A DNA stretch of 64,000 nucleotides from Desulfomonilia bacterium (GTDB lineage Bacteria; Desulfobacterota; Desulfomonilia; UBA1062). Both the position numbers and the translations under genes were made by a program. The stretch covers positions 480,001 through 544,000 of the forward strand of contig CAXXDQ010000007.1 of the NCBI GenBank assembly GCA_963664325.2, read 5' to 3'. Below the pieces are notes generated by a model. It was not told the origin of the DNA. It did no database searches and worked only from the letters and a program-made list of their open reading frames with translations. This document shows, one piece after another, positions 49,464 through 59,720 of the stretch. The stretch's first letter is position 1. Each line of letters begins with the position of its first letter.

Positions 49464-51680
49464 ATGTTCGATAAGATCAGGAAGAGGGATGGAAGAGAGG
49501 TGACCTTCGATGCATCAAAGATCACCGAGGCTATAGCCAAGGCCGGAGGCGCAACTGGAGAATTCGGTGATGATGTAGCCGGAAGGCTTACTTTGCAGGC
49601 ATTAAGTTTCGCGCAGCAGACCATCAAAGGGGTGCCCACTGTTGAAGGGATACAGGATATCGTAGAGTATGTCCTGACCACCTCCCCTTTCAAGGCTACT
49701 GCGAAGTCATATATCATTTACCGGGATCAGCATGCCAAGATCAGGGAAATAAAGGCAGGCATCGGCGTTGATCTCATTGATCAATATCTTCAACAGCTTG
49801 ACTGGCAGGTAAACGAGAACAGCAATATGGCTTTCTCTCTGCAGGGACTGAACAATTACATATCATCCGAAATCAGCAAGATATACTGGCTTAACAAGAT
49901 ATACCCTCCGGAGGTAAGGAACGCCCATTCGGAAGGCGATTTTCACCTTCACGATCTGAATATACTTTCGGTTTACTGTGTCGGATGGGATCTTTACAAC
50001 CTACTGCTGCAGGGATTCAAAGGGGCTGCGGGCAAGGTGGAAAGCAAACCGGCAAAGCATTTCAGAACAGCGCTCGGACAGATCGTAAATTTCTTCTATA
50101 CGCTTCAGGGAGAGGCGGCCGGTGCACAGGCGTTTTCCAATTTTGATACGCTCCTGGCGCCTTTTATCCGGTATGACGGCCTCGATTACAGTCAGGTCAA
50201 ACAGGCCCTTCAGGAATTTATCTTCAACATTAATGTGCCGACCCGTGTGGGCTTCCAGACCCCCTTCACCAATGTCACACTGGACCTCAAAGTGCCATCA
50301 TTCTATAAAAAGCAGGGAGTGGTCATAGGCGGAAAGATAAAGGACGCCGTATACGGTGATTTCCAGAATGAAATGGACATGTTCAACAAGGCATTCGTGG
50401 AGGTCATGACCGAAGGCGATGCAATGGGAAGGGTCTTCACATTCCCCATCCCCACCTACAACATCACTTCCGACTTCGAGTGGGACAATCCCGATCTCGA
50501 TGGCCTGTGGAAGATGACCGCCAAATACGGCGTGCCATATTTTTCCAACTTCATAAACTCGGATATGAAGCCTGATGATGCGAGGAGCATGTGCTGCAGG
50601 CTCAGGATAGACAACCGGGAACTCCAGAAAAGGGGCGGCGGTCTTTTCGGTTCGAACCCGCTCACAGGCTCAATAGGCGTCGTAACCATAAACCTGCCTC
50701 GCCTAGGCTATCTGAGCAAGGACAAGGAGGAATTCAAGGTGCGCCTTGAAAAGCTCATCGAAACTGCCAGCGTCAGCCTTGAGATGAAACGGAAGATCCT
50801 CGAGATGTACACTGACGGCAACCTCTACCCCTACACCAAGTTTTATCTCAATGACATAAAGGAGAGGTTCGGGGAATACTGGAAGAACCATTTTTCGACA
50901 ATAGGCATCCTCGGCATGAACGAAGCCTGCCTCAACCTTGTCGGCAGTGACATTGCCAGCAAGGAAGGAATGGCCTTTGCCCTTGAGATATCCGATTTCA
51001 TAAGAAACAAACTGGTTACATTACAGGAAACAACCGGCAGCAATTACAACTTCGAGGCAACCCCGGCGGAAGGCACTTCATACCGGCTGGCAAAGATGGA
51101 CAAGAAAAAATTTCCCGACATCATCTGTGCAAACGAGGAAGCATACAAAAACGGACATGAACCATTCTATACCAATTCGACGCAGCTTCCGGTCAATTAT
51201 ACGGATGACATTTTTGAGGCGTTTGATCTGCAGGACGATATCCAGACTAAATATACCGGCGGTACGGTGCTTCACATATACGCGGGAGAGCAGGTAAACG
51301 AGCCAGTCGTGATCAAAGAGCTTATTAAAAAACTGTGTTCGACCTACCACCTGCCCTATTTTACATTCAGCCCCACCTTCAGTGTATGCCAATCGCACGG
51401 TTATCTGTCCGGACAGCAGACGGAATGCCCGCACTGCCATTCGCAGACCGAGGTATATTCGCGTGTCACGGGTTACCTCAGGCCGATTCAGCAGTGGAAT
51501 AACGGCAAAAAGGAAGAGTTCAAGCTCAGGAAACCCTTCGAGGTCGAGAAGAATTCATTTTCCGAACACATCGCTCCGGCCAAGTCATTAAGAAAAGAAA
51601 CAAAGACGGTTTCAGCATATACGAGCGTCCTTGATAAAATGAAGGGTTTGTCAGCCGGCTGCTCAATGATAGTAGTATGA
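49464..51680 (+). CDS. nrdD: Class III anaerobic ribonucleoside-triphosphate reductase
   Basis: ATP cone IRKRDGR, HLHDL, SMCCRL, EATPAEG, Zn site, glycyl-radical motif YSRVTGYLRP. Confidence 0.97.
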   Translation: MFDKIRKRDGREVTFDASKITEAIAKAGGATGEFGDDVAGRLTLQALSFAQQTIKGVPTVEGIQDIVEYVLTTSPFKATAKSYIIYRDQHAKIREIKAGIGVDLIDQYLQQLDWQVNENSNMAFSLQGLNNYISSEISKIYWLNKIYPPEVRNAHSEGDFHLHDLNILSVYCVGWDLYNLLLQGFKGAAGKVESKPAKHFRTALGQIVNFFYTLQGEAAGAQAFSNFDTLLAPFIRYDGLDYSQVKQALQEFIFNINVPTRVGFQTPFTNVTLDLKVPSFYKKQGVVIGGKIKDAVYGDFQNEMDMFNKAFVEVMTEGDAMGRVFTFPIPTYNITSDFEWDNPDLDGLWKMTAKYGVPYFSNFINSDMKPDDARSMCCRLRIDNRELQKRGGGLFGSNPLTGSIGVVTINLPRLGYLSKDKEEFKVRLEKLIETASVSLEMKRKILEMYTDGNLYPYTKFYLNDIKERFGEYWKNHFSTIGILGMNEACLNLVGSDIASKEGMAFALEISDFIRNKLVTLQETTGSNYNFEATPAEGTSYRLAKMDKKKFPDIICANEEAYKNGHEPFYTNSTQLPVNYTDDIFEAFDLQDDIQTKYTGGTVLHIYAGEQVNEPVVIKELIKKLCSTYHLPYFTFSPTFSVCQSHGYLSGQQTECPHCHSQTEVYSRVTGYLRPIQQWNNGKKEEFKLRKPFEVEKNSFSEHIAPAKSLRKETKTVSAYTSVLDKMKGLSAGCSMIVV

Positions 51681-51681
51681 A

Positions 51682-51700
51682 GGGCAGGCTGAACCTGCCC
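51682..51700 (+). other. Stem-loop after nrdD
   Basis: GGGCAGG-CTGAA-CCTGCCC; weak U tract. Confidence 0.5.
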
Positions 51701-51818
51701 CTTGAGAGCCGTTAAGTTGAAGCAGGAGCAAGTTATAAGAAGTCAGTAAAGATGATATTTTTCAAAAGGTCTTTATGTCGGCTACTGTTAACTGTCTCCT
51801 GACTGCCGGTTAATTAAG

Positions 51819-52508
51819 ATGAGAATCGCCCATCTGCAAAAAACCTCATTGATTGAATATCCGGGAAAGATATCGGCAGTCATATTCACTCAGGGCTGCA
51901 ATCTAAGATGTCCCTATTGCCATAACCCCGAACTTGTGAAACCGGAGTTGTTCACAACCCCTGTTCCCGAGAATGAAATCCTGACATTCCTTAATAAAAG
52001 AATGGGAAAACTCGATGGAGTCGTGATAACCGGCGGTGAACCTGCAATACAGAAAGGTCTGACTGATTTCATGCGCCAGGTCAAAGATATAGGTTTCCTT
52101 GTCAAGCTTGATACAAACGGGACAATTAACGGTGTCCTTGAAAATATTATCGAACAAAAGCTTGCCGATTACATAGCCATGGACATAAAAGGCCCGGCCG
52201 GCAAGTACTCCAGAATCGCCGGTGGATCTGTTGATATGGATGCGATATTAAAGAGCATCCGGCTGATAATGGATTCAGGCATCGATTATGAGTTCAGAAC
52301 GACCTGGGCAATGGAGCAGCTGACTGCAGAAGATATCATCGGATGCGCCATGCTGATTAAAAACGCAAAACGGTTTGTCATTCAGCGCTTCAATCCTTCA
52401 AAACATCTTGATCCTGACATGTTGAACTTCCATCCGCCTGCGGACAGCGCTGTCAGACAGGCTGCTAGTTCCGCCGGAGAACTGGTCAGAGAATGCATTA
52501 TCAGGTAG
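51819..52508 (+). CDS. nrdG: Anaerobic RNR activating enzyme
   Basis: GCNLRCPYCHNP, TGGEP, KLDTNG, YEFRTT; follows nrdD. Confidence 0.95.
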   Translation: MRIAHLQKTSLIEYPGKISAVIFTQGCNLRCPYCHNPELVKPELFTTPVPENEILTFLNKRMGKLDGVVITGGEPAIQKGLTDFMRQVKDIGFLVKLDTNGTINGVLENIIEQKLADYIAMDIKGPAGKYSRIAGGSVDMDAILKSIRLIMDSGIDYEFRTTWAMEQLTAEDIIGCAMLIKNAKRFVIQRFNPSKHLDPDMLNFHPPADSAVRQAASSAGELVRECIIR

Positions 52509-52613
52509 CCGCAGATCTGCCGGTTATTTTTAACACTTGTAAAAATATTGTGTTCTCAGGCCTATGCTCAAAATAAATCTTGAAATGGCCTTTTAAACAA
52601 TAGATAAAAGGAC

Positions 52614-53996
52614 ATGGACCCATTCATACACACGCTTTTATCACTTATCAACAACGTCGCAGTTATCGTTGTCATTGCCTATTTCCTGACCCGAAGCCAG
52701 CTTTTTATAAGGGCCATCGATAACAAAATGACATTGCAGGACAACCTGCTGATCATGCTTATATTCGGTCTGTTCTCCATATACGGTACATTGGGGGGCA
52801 TCTGGATTCTCGGGGGCATCGCCAACATCCGCGATCTCGGGCCGGCTATCGCCGGTCTTATGGCAGGCCCTGTTGTCGGTCTGGGCGCAGGCATAATAGG
52901 CGGCATACACCGCTATCTGCAGGGCGGATTCACAGCCGCAGCCTGTTCCATAGCGCCGTTTGCGGCAGGTCTTTTCGGAGGAATCCTGTTCCTGATTAAC
53001 CGCAGCAGATTCCCCGGCATGCTTCAGGCCGTTTTGTTGATGATCGCGATCGAATTGTTCCACATGGGACTCGCCCTCCTTATCAGTGCTCCCAGAGAGC
53101 AGGCAATACAGCTGGTCAAGAGCATAATAGTCCCCATGATATCAGCCAATGCTCTGGGCATGTGGTTTTACGCTTATATTATGGAAAATCTGCAAAGGGA
53201 GCATTCTCTGGAGAAGATCAGGCTCATGATGGAGGGAGAGCTTCGAGTGGCCCGGGATATCCAGATGAGCCTTGTGCCCAAGACCTTCCCGCCTGTACCC
53301 GTGAGGGATGAATTTTCTCTCTATGCCATACTGGAGCCGGCAAAAGAGGTTGGCGGAGACCTGTATGATTTTTATTTCACAGGGGAAGACCGCTTGTTTT
53401 TCATGATAGGCGATGTCTCCGGAAAAGGCATCCCGGCAGCGCTCTTCATGGCCGTCACAAGAACGGTCATGAAAGCCAAGATGAACCCGGACATGTGGCC
53501 CGGGCTGGTTGTAACCGAGGTCAATCAGGAATTGTGTGAGGGCAACGAGGCTACGATGTTCGTCACTGCATTCTGCGGTTTTCTGGATCTTAAAACCGGG
53601 GATGTTACATATATCAATGCAGGCCATAACCCTCCGGCCATTGTTAAAGCCGACGGTTCAGTTTCCTTCCTCAAGGTTATAACGGACCCTCCTTTGGGCA
53701 TCAGAGACGACATCAGCTACTCTGAAGGCATCTTACATCTGGAAATCGGCGACACTCTTATTCTCTACACTGATGGAGTGACCGAGGCCCTGAACAGGCA
53801 AGGCGGCTTTTTTTCCGAAGACAGCCTCATGAACGCTCTTAAGGGGACAGCCGGAATGCCGGTGCAGGACATCGTCAGCAGGATCAGGAATGCTGTTCAT
53901 ATCTTCATCGCCGGAAATGATCCTGCCGATGACATCACCCTTCTGGCTCTGAAATTAAAATCCCTCAAGGCCGTCAAACATATCCCTGAAGAATAG
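52614..53996 (+). CDS. 5TMR-LYT membrane sensor fused to SpoIIE/RsbU PP2C phosphatase
   Basis: FGLFSIYGT, ANIRD, GGIHRY; then VGGDLYD, GDVSGKG, NAGH, YTDG, DDITL. Confidence 0.9.
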   Translation: MDPFIHTLLSLINNVAVIVVIAYFLTRSQLFIRAIDNKMTLQDNLLIMLIFGLFSIYGTLGGIWILGGIANIRDLGPAIAGLMAGPVVGLGAGIIGGIHRYLQGGFTAAACSIAPFAAGLFGGILFLINRSRFPGMLQAVLLMIAIELFHMGLALLISAPREQAIQLVKSIIVPMISANALGMWFYAYIMENLQREHSLEKIRLMMEGELRVARDIQMSLVPKTFPPVPVRDEFSLYAILEPAKEVGGDLYDFYFTGEDRLFFMIGDVSGKGIPAALFMAVTRTVMKAKMNPDMWPGLVVTEVNQELCEGNEATMFVTAFCGFLDLKTGDVTYINAGHNPPAIVKADGSVSFLKVITDPPLGIRDDISYSEGILHLEIGDTLILYTDGVTEALNRQGGFFSEDSLMNALKGTAGMPVQDIVSRIRNAVHIFIAGNDPADDITLLALKLKSLKAVKHIPEE

Positions 53997-54021
53997 AACC
54001 GGGCCGTTAAAGGATCAGACG

Positions 54022-55509
54022 CTAATCAGCCATCACGGTCTCAAGGCCGGTGATCGTATAGACAAATCTGACAGTCGTCTTCTCCTTTGGTTTCAGGCTT
54101 ATCTCCCAGTTGAGCATGCCATCATCGTCAGCCTTCGCAGCAGGGCTTGATTCTTTCAAATCTACTTTTATGCCCACTTCATCAGATACCGGAATCTGAT
54201 CCTTAAGCTTGAGCTCAACCTTTTTGTCCCTTGTATTTTCAATTGTTGTTATTATGGTCTTCGTTGATTTGTTTTTTCCCGTCAGTGTCTTTTCCTTGAA
54301 TGACTTTTCATTACGGTCGATCCTTATTCCTTCATCCCTGCCCAGATCGATCGAGATTTTCTCTCCGGGCTCAATAGTTTTCAGGTAGCCCTTGCCACAG
54401 TACTCCCCGTCTACAAAAGCCGTATAGTCACCCGCCATAAGCGGTGCACCGCCCTGCCAGACACCCGCGGCTCTCAGGTATGCAGCCTTGGATATTTTCG
54501 GCACGGCGGCTCTTGAAAATCCCGAGTCGATACGCTGTTTCATGAGGCTTACAACCCTTTGGCTTCCATCCCCCGGGATCGTTACATTCTTTGCAGCGCC
54601 GATAACATAGGAAGTCTCAGCCACTTTGATTGGAGGCGCATATTCCCTCTCTGTTCCGCCATCCATTTCAACAGCCGCCGGTGCTGAAACCTCGGCTTTC
54701 AGCATGTTTCTTTGAGGTCTTACCGGCGCAATATGCCATGGTGAAAGCTCTGGGGCCTGAATCCCGTATGAGGGCGAGCCTGTAGAGACAAGGACATCGT
54801 CGGCAGTTATGTCTGTTCCAGTCGACTGCCATATCCTTGCCTGGATTTCAATCAGAAGCACCTCTTTTGAGGGCCATGCCTGTACGGTGTATTCCGGCTT
54901 CCATCCCATATTTCTCACTGCGTAGGATATGTCTGCCGAACCGTTTGTTTCAATAATGATCCGGTATCCCTGGCGTTTTGAGACACCGCTTAACTGTGCC
55001 TCAAGTTCCCTGATCCGGGCTTTAAGGGCCATACGCTCATTTCCGAGTTTTATATGTTTTGAATTAAGCGCACCCACCTTATCATCAATGAAGGCAATTG
55101 ATTCGTTAAGGCGCGACCTCGGGAATGCCGCCTCTTTTTTCATCTCACCCGCAGTATCGTAGATAATTTCAATCTCTTTTTCTATGGTTTCCTGCTGGCG
55201 CTTTTTTAAAGACTGTTGAGTTTGCAGCAGGTCGATCTGATCCTGCATATCTCTGGCCTTGCCGGTAAGGCCGCTTCCCGGTCTGACTTCTATCGAGCGG
55301 ATTGTGCCGTTTCTTTGCGCAGGTTCTGCAATTATGGATTCCTGGACCAGCCCCTCAGGTACATCAATGGTTATAATGCCTGAGGCGGCCTCCTTCTGGA
55401 CTGTGATATATCCCGCGTCACGGTACAGGACAAGACGTTTCACACCTTCTGCCTCTGCAGAAGAATAAATTCCGAGAACAAAGATCGTCAGGATCATAAT
55501 TTTTTTCAT
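54022..55509 (-). CDS. DUF4140/DUF4139 (MuiA-like) secreted protein
   Basis: Signal peptide, coiled coil, W.P.Y, Q.TG.D, IPGDG, DQIPVS. Confidence 0.8.
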   Translation of the reverse strand: MKKIMILTIFVLGIYSSAEAEGVKRLVLYRDAGYITVQKEAASGIITIDVPEGLVQESIIAEPAQRNGTIRSIEVRPGSGLTGKARDMQDQIDLLQTQQSLKKRQQETIEKEIEIIYDTAGEMKKEAAFPRSRLNESIAFIDDKVGALNSKHIKLGNERMALKARIRELEAQLSGVSKRQGYRIIIETNGSADISYAVRNMGWKPEYTVQAWPSKEVLLIEIQARIWQSTGTDITADDVLVSTGSPSYGIQAPELSPWHIAPVRPQRNMLKAEVSAPAAVEMDGGTEREYAPPIKVAETSYVIGAAKNVTIPGDGSQRVVSLMKQRIDSGFSRAAVPKISKAAYLRAAGVWQGGAPLMAGDYTAFVDGEYCGKGYLKTIEPGEKISIDLGRDEGIRIDRNEKSFKEKTLTGKNKSTKTIITTIENTRDKKVELKLKDQIPVSDEVGIKVDLKESSPAAKADDDGMLNWEISLKPKEKTTVRFVYTITGLETVMAD

Positions 55510-55577
55510 AACTTCCTCCCTGATGAATATTATCCAATATCAATCGCTTTGAAAACTACACGAGACTTACACAAAAA

Positions 55578-56483
55578 TCAAAGGCTCTGGATAATTTCAA
55601 GATTCGCCCTGAATTTTTCATACGGAATTCTTTCTATCGCAGTGCCTTTCCTCAATCTGGTAAAATCAGCCCTGTTCAAGCCTAAAAGCTCTCCACGGGA
55701 CAGTGAAGAGAGGCCGTTTTTATTCAGGAAGGCCGGCTCTCTTGCAAAAAAGGCATCCTTGTTCCATGGACAGGCTTCCTGGCAGATATCGCAGCCATAT
55801 GCAGTATGAGAATAATCTGCAGTTCTTTCAAACGGAATCCTGAAATCCTTATCCTCAATTGTCCAATATGATATGCATTTGCAGGCATTGATTGTCCTGT
55901 CATTATTGATGGCCTTGGTGGGACAGGCGTCAATGCATTCTGTGCAGTTTCCACACATGTCGCTGACCGGCTCATCGGGCTCAAATTCCATGTTGATTAT
56001 CAGCTCACCCAAAAAGAACCATGAGCCCAGGTCTGCATTTATCAAAAGCGAGTTCTTTCCGATCCATCCTGCTCCGGCGCCGGCAGCAATGGATTTTTCC
56101 GCAATGACCGATGAATCGACACAGGCCTTTGCACTTATTGCCGGGTTGCTTTCTTTTAAAAATGTCTTAATCCGTTCAAGTTTTTCTTTCAGGACATGGT
56201 GATAATCCTTCCCTGAGACATGCCTTGACATGAATCCCGATGGTATTCCCGTATTATAGCTTACTCCGATTGAAATCACCGTTTTTGCGCCGTCAAGCAT
56301 AAGGGCCGGATTAAACCGTTTGCCGATGCTGTGCTCAAGCCACTTCATTCCTGCATTGCAACCGTCCGCCATCCATTTTTTAAAACGGGTTTTTTCTTTT
56401 TCAAGTTCTTTGACATCGGAAAAACGTATCAAATCGATATTCAGTGATGATGCAAAATCTATTGTCTCCTGTTTCAGGCTCAT
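55578..56483 (-). CDS. queG: Epoxyqueuosine reductase
   Basis: DYH, CVD....EK..A..AG.GWIGKN, GSWFFLG, CGNCTECIDACPT, CISY, GCDICQEACPWN. Confidence 0.93.
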   Translation of the reverse strand: MSLKQETIDFASSLNIDLIRFSDVKELEKEKTRFKKWMADGCNAGMKWLEHSIGKRFNPALMLDGAKTVISIGVSYNTGIPSGFMSRHVSGKDYHHVLKEKLERIKTFLKESNPAISAKACVDSSVIAEKSIAAGAGAGWIGKNSLLINADLGSWFFLGELIINMEFEPDEPVSDMCGNCTECIDACPTKAINNDRTINACKCISYWTIEDKDFRIPFERTADYSHTAYGCDICQEACPWNKDAFFAREPAFLNKNGLSSLSRGELLGLNRADFTRLRKGTAIERIPYEKFRANLEIIQSL

Positions 56484-56577
56484 CAGGCTTTACCTTTTCG
56501 GAAAAACAATCCACCTTTCACAACCATTCAGGGCCGGCCTAATCTTGAACCGTCGTAAAACTATGGTGTATTCATTT

Positions 56578-57537
56578 TTACTGATTCGACAGCCGCTCCG
56601 TTTCTTCTTTGCCAGGCTTTTCTTTTCCGGCGATATCAGCATAACGTCCCTGTGGAAGCGGTGAAACACTTTTATCTGAAAGGGCTGCATCTGTGCTCTT
56701 GAAACTGAAGTACGTCGTCGCGGCAGGCTGTACCATAAATCCCTTGCATGAATAGACAGCCCTGTTAAAACCGGAAAGCATTGCGACCGTATCCATGACA
56801 ACGCTCGGAAAGAGCGCCTTTACAATTGGAGGCATAAAGACGGTCCAGGGTTTGCCAATGATTTTCCTGTTCTTTAAAACGCCGCTTACAACTGCATCAG
56901 CCATAGCTTCAGGTTTAAGGCCCGGCTGCCAGAAAGGCGTTCTCATGCCCTCAAACATGCCGGTTTTAATAAGATACGGACATACAACGGTTGTCCTGAC
57001 CTTTGAATTGTTGTTCCTGAGTTCGTTCCTGAGCGCTTCATTCAGTCCCATCAGCGCATGCTTCGTGGCACTGTACATCCCCATGCCAGGTATCGCCAGA
57101 AGGCCTGCCGAGGATGCTATGTTAACGATATGCCCTTCATTTCTTTTAACCATATCAGGGGCAAAGGCCTTAATCATCCACAGCGTTCCCATAAGGTTTA
57201 TTTCGACCTGCTTTATATGCATTTCATCAGGGATACTCAGGATCTCTCCTGTAAAAACCACTCCTGCATTGTTAATCAGGATATCAATTAATCCAGCTTC
57301 GCTTATTATTTCTTCAGCTGATGTATAAACAGCCTGCCTGTCCGAGATATCAAAGGCTCTGTCAAAAACAGCCGTTCCTTTTTGCCTGATCTCATCGGCT
57401 GTCCTTTCAAGTCCTGCCGCGTTCACATCGCAGATCACCAGTCTTGCGCCGAGTGCTGCAATCTTTTCGGCCATTAGCTTTCCTATTCCATGTGCGGCGC
57501 CAGTAATCAGGACTGTTTTATTTTTTAAATCGGTCAT
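56578..57537 (-). CDS. Short-chain dehydrogenase/reductase
   Basis: ITGAAHGIG, NNAG, ASSAG, YSATK. Confidence 0.92.
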   Translation of the reverse strand: MTDLKNKTVLITGAAHGIGKLMAEKIAALGARLVICDVNAAGLERTADEIRQKGTAVFDRAFDISDRQAVYTSAEEIISEAGLIDILINNAGVVFTGEILSIPDEMHIKQVEINLMGTLWMIKAFAPDMVKRNEGHIVNIASSAGLLAIPGMGMYSATKHALMGLNEALRNELRNNNSKVRTTVVCPYLIKTGMFEGMRTPFWQPGLKPEAMADAVVSGVLKNRKIIGKPWTVFMPPIVKALFPSVVMDTVAMLSGFNRAVYSCKGFMVQPAATTYFSFKSTDAALSDKSVSPLPQGRYADIAGKEKPGKEETERLSNQ

Positions 57538-57619
57538 GTTACCCCCCCTAAAATAAAAAGCACTGTAAACTATAACAATTTTTTAAAGCGTTATCCACAC
57601 TTTTGTAAATCATTAAGTA

Positions 57620-59494
57620 TCAGCTGAATATTTTTGAAAGCACCCTGGTGAGTTCATGCACAGTGAACGGTTTGTTCAGGCTGCCTATGACGAGAGGATT
57701 TGAGGTGATCTCATTCAGTTCGTCACTTGCATGGAATCCTGTCGAAACAATAACCTTTTTATCGATCTTTTTGGTGTCCATCTCGGCCAGGGTGTGAAAA
57801 CCGTCAAGACCGGGCATTATCATGTCCAGGATTATAACATCGTATTTATTCCCATCCTGCAGAAGTAATTCAAGGCATTCGGTCCCGTTGCTGGCAGTGG
57901 TCACGTTATGGCCTATTGTTTCGAGAATTTCCCTTCCGATTTCCCTGATCATGGGTTCATCGTCGACAAGGAGAATACTGATTGCATTCGTTTTTTCTAT
58001 TGATGATTTCTCTTCACCTGCGTTTTCAGGAATTTCATCAGATGCGGGCAGGATTATGGTAAAGCGGGAGCCCTTCCCTTTTTCTGAGCTCACCTTAATA
58101 TTTCCTCCTGCATTTTTTACAACCGTATAGGTTATTGACAGACCGAGACCGGATCCCTCTTTTCTGTCTTTTGTGGTGAAGAACGGGTCGAATATGTTAC
58201 CGATAATCTCCTTCTCGATCCCGCATCCGTTATCCATGACATCAATCCTGATATAGCTTCCTGACTTCTGAAGCATATTGCGGCGTTTGGCCTGTTCGTC
58301 AACCCATACGTTCTGCGCATTAATGGTGATAAGACCGTCCTGCTTTTTTCCGATTGCATCACGGGCATTGATAATCAGGTTAAGCATCACCTGCGTAAAC
58401 TGGGTGAAATCCATCTTGAGGACCATATCATCCTGCGGGATTTCGAGCTCCAAACTGATGCTTTTCGGGATTGACCTTGAGGTTATATCGATTACTTCTT
58501 TAAGCGCCTTCCTGAGAGAAAAGCTCTGTGGATTCCCCCCTTTGTCGCTTGAGAGCATTAGAATCTGGGATATAAGGTCTTTCGCACGGTTTGTAATCTG
58601 ATCCATATTGTCGAGATATTTCTTTTTTTTCGATTCGTCGGACGACAGCCTCATCATGGCAATGTTGCCCACAATGCCAGTCAGGATATTATTGAAATCA
58701 TGTGCGAAGCCGCTCGCAAGAAGTCCGATGGTTTCCATTTTCTGGGCATGGATAAGTTCGGCCTGCATTTTCTTCTTTTCGGTTATATTGACAGCGGTTA
58801 TGGCCACCCCTCCCTTAGGGCTTGCCACAAGCGGATAAATTATAAGGTTGTATATATTACTGTCGGGAAAAATCTCGTCAATTAGATATTTCGAAGCCTT
58901 GTTTTCCAATGCCCAGTTTATCGCATCATTAAATTTCTCCATGAAAGGACAGACATCGATCAATCTCCTTCCTTCAAGCTCGCTTAACGGCACCTGCAGG
59001 ATACCCTCGGTAACCGGATTTGTAACCTCGACAAACCCGGAACTGTCCAGGCAGATTATCATGTTGGGACTTGATTCGATAATGCTCTTCAAATGGTTTT
59101 TCAGATCTAAAATGGTCTCCTGTGCTATTTTGAGATCGGTAATCAGCTGGGCGTTATACTGGATCTCGAGTATTTCCTCGCCCTCCCTTATTACGCTTCC
59201 GCTGGCAAGAAGATACCCGGTCTCACCTGTTTTACCAGTAACTGAAAGCTCATGCCTCGTTGTCTGACCGGTTAAAAGCTCTCTCCAGAAACTGAAAAAA
59301 TCATTCCTGCTCTCTGGTGAAGCAATCACAAGAATGCTTTTCCCGATCAACTCTTCCCTTGCGTAGCTCGAGACCTCCTCAACTTTCCTGTTAAGCTTTG
59401 TGATTATCCCGTTTTTATCGGTAGTAATGATAAGCTCATTGGCATTTTCGAAAAGCGCCTCATATCTTTGGATTCTCTGGTCAATATCATCCAT
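57620..59494 (-). CDS. PAS hybrid histidine kinase (CckA-like)
   Basis: Two PAS domains, AHDFNNIL, NARDA, DNGCG, PFFTTK, receiver VDDE..LDMIMP. Confidence 0.93.
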   Translation of the reverse strand: MDDIDQRIQRYEALFENANELIITTDKNGIITKLNRKVEEVSSYAREELIGKSILVIASPESRNDFFSFWRELLTGQTTRHELSVTGKTGETGYLLASGSVIREGEEILEIQYNAQLITDLKIAQETILDLKNHLKSIIESSPNMIICLDSSGFVEVTNPVTEGILQVPLSELEGRRLIDVCPFMEKFNDAINWALENKASKYLIDEIFPDSNIYNLIIYPLVASPKGGVAITAVNITEKKKMQAELIHAQKMETIGLLASGFAHDFNNILTGIVGNIAMMRLSSDESKKKKYLDNMDQITNRAKDLISQILMLSSDKGGNPQSFSLRKALKEVIDITSRSIPKSISLELEIPQDDMVLKMDFTQFTQVMLNLIINARDAIGKKQDGLITINAQNVWVDEQAKRRNMLQKSGSYIRIDVMDNGCGIEKEIIGNIFDPFFTTKDRKEGSGLGLSITYTVVKNAGGNIKVSSEKGKGSRFTIILPASDEIPENAGEEKSSIEKTNAISILLVDDEPMIREIGREILETIGHNVTTASNGTECLELLLQDGNKYDVIILDMIMPGLDGFHTLAEMDTKKIDKKVIVSTGFHASDELNEITSNPLVIGSLNKPFTVHELTRVLSKIFS

Positions 59495-59720
59495 AAGTAA
59501 TTCATATCGGTGAATAATGACCAATACTTGAAATATTTCTGAATATTTTTTTTAAAAACTGCATGTTGCCCGAAAAAGCCATGAGAATATAAAAGTCAAA
59601 ACATTGAAATTAGTTTCTCCTGCCCAAGCCTTCATTCACGGCTCGGTTTTTGGACTTTGCGCCATTTTTTTACTCAAGATAAATCCAATTAATAACGATA
59701 CGTTTTTCTGGAGGGGCTGT

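Noticed and set aside
57591-57599. Perfect DnaA box TTATCCACA
   Set aside because: Isolated; one 9-mer hit in 64 kb is expected by chance, and there is no oriC context.
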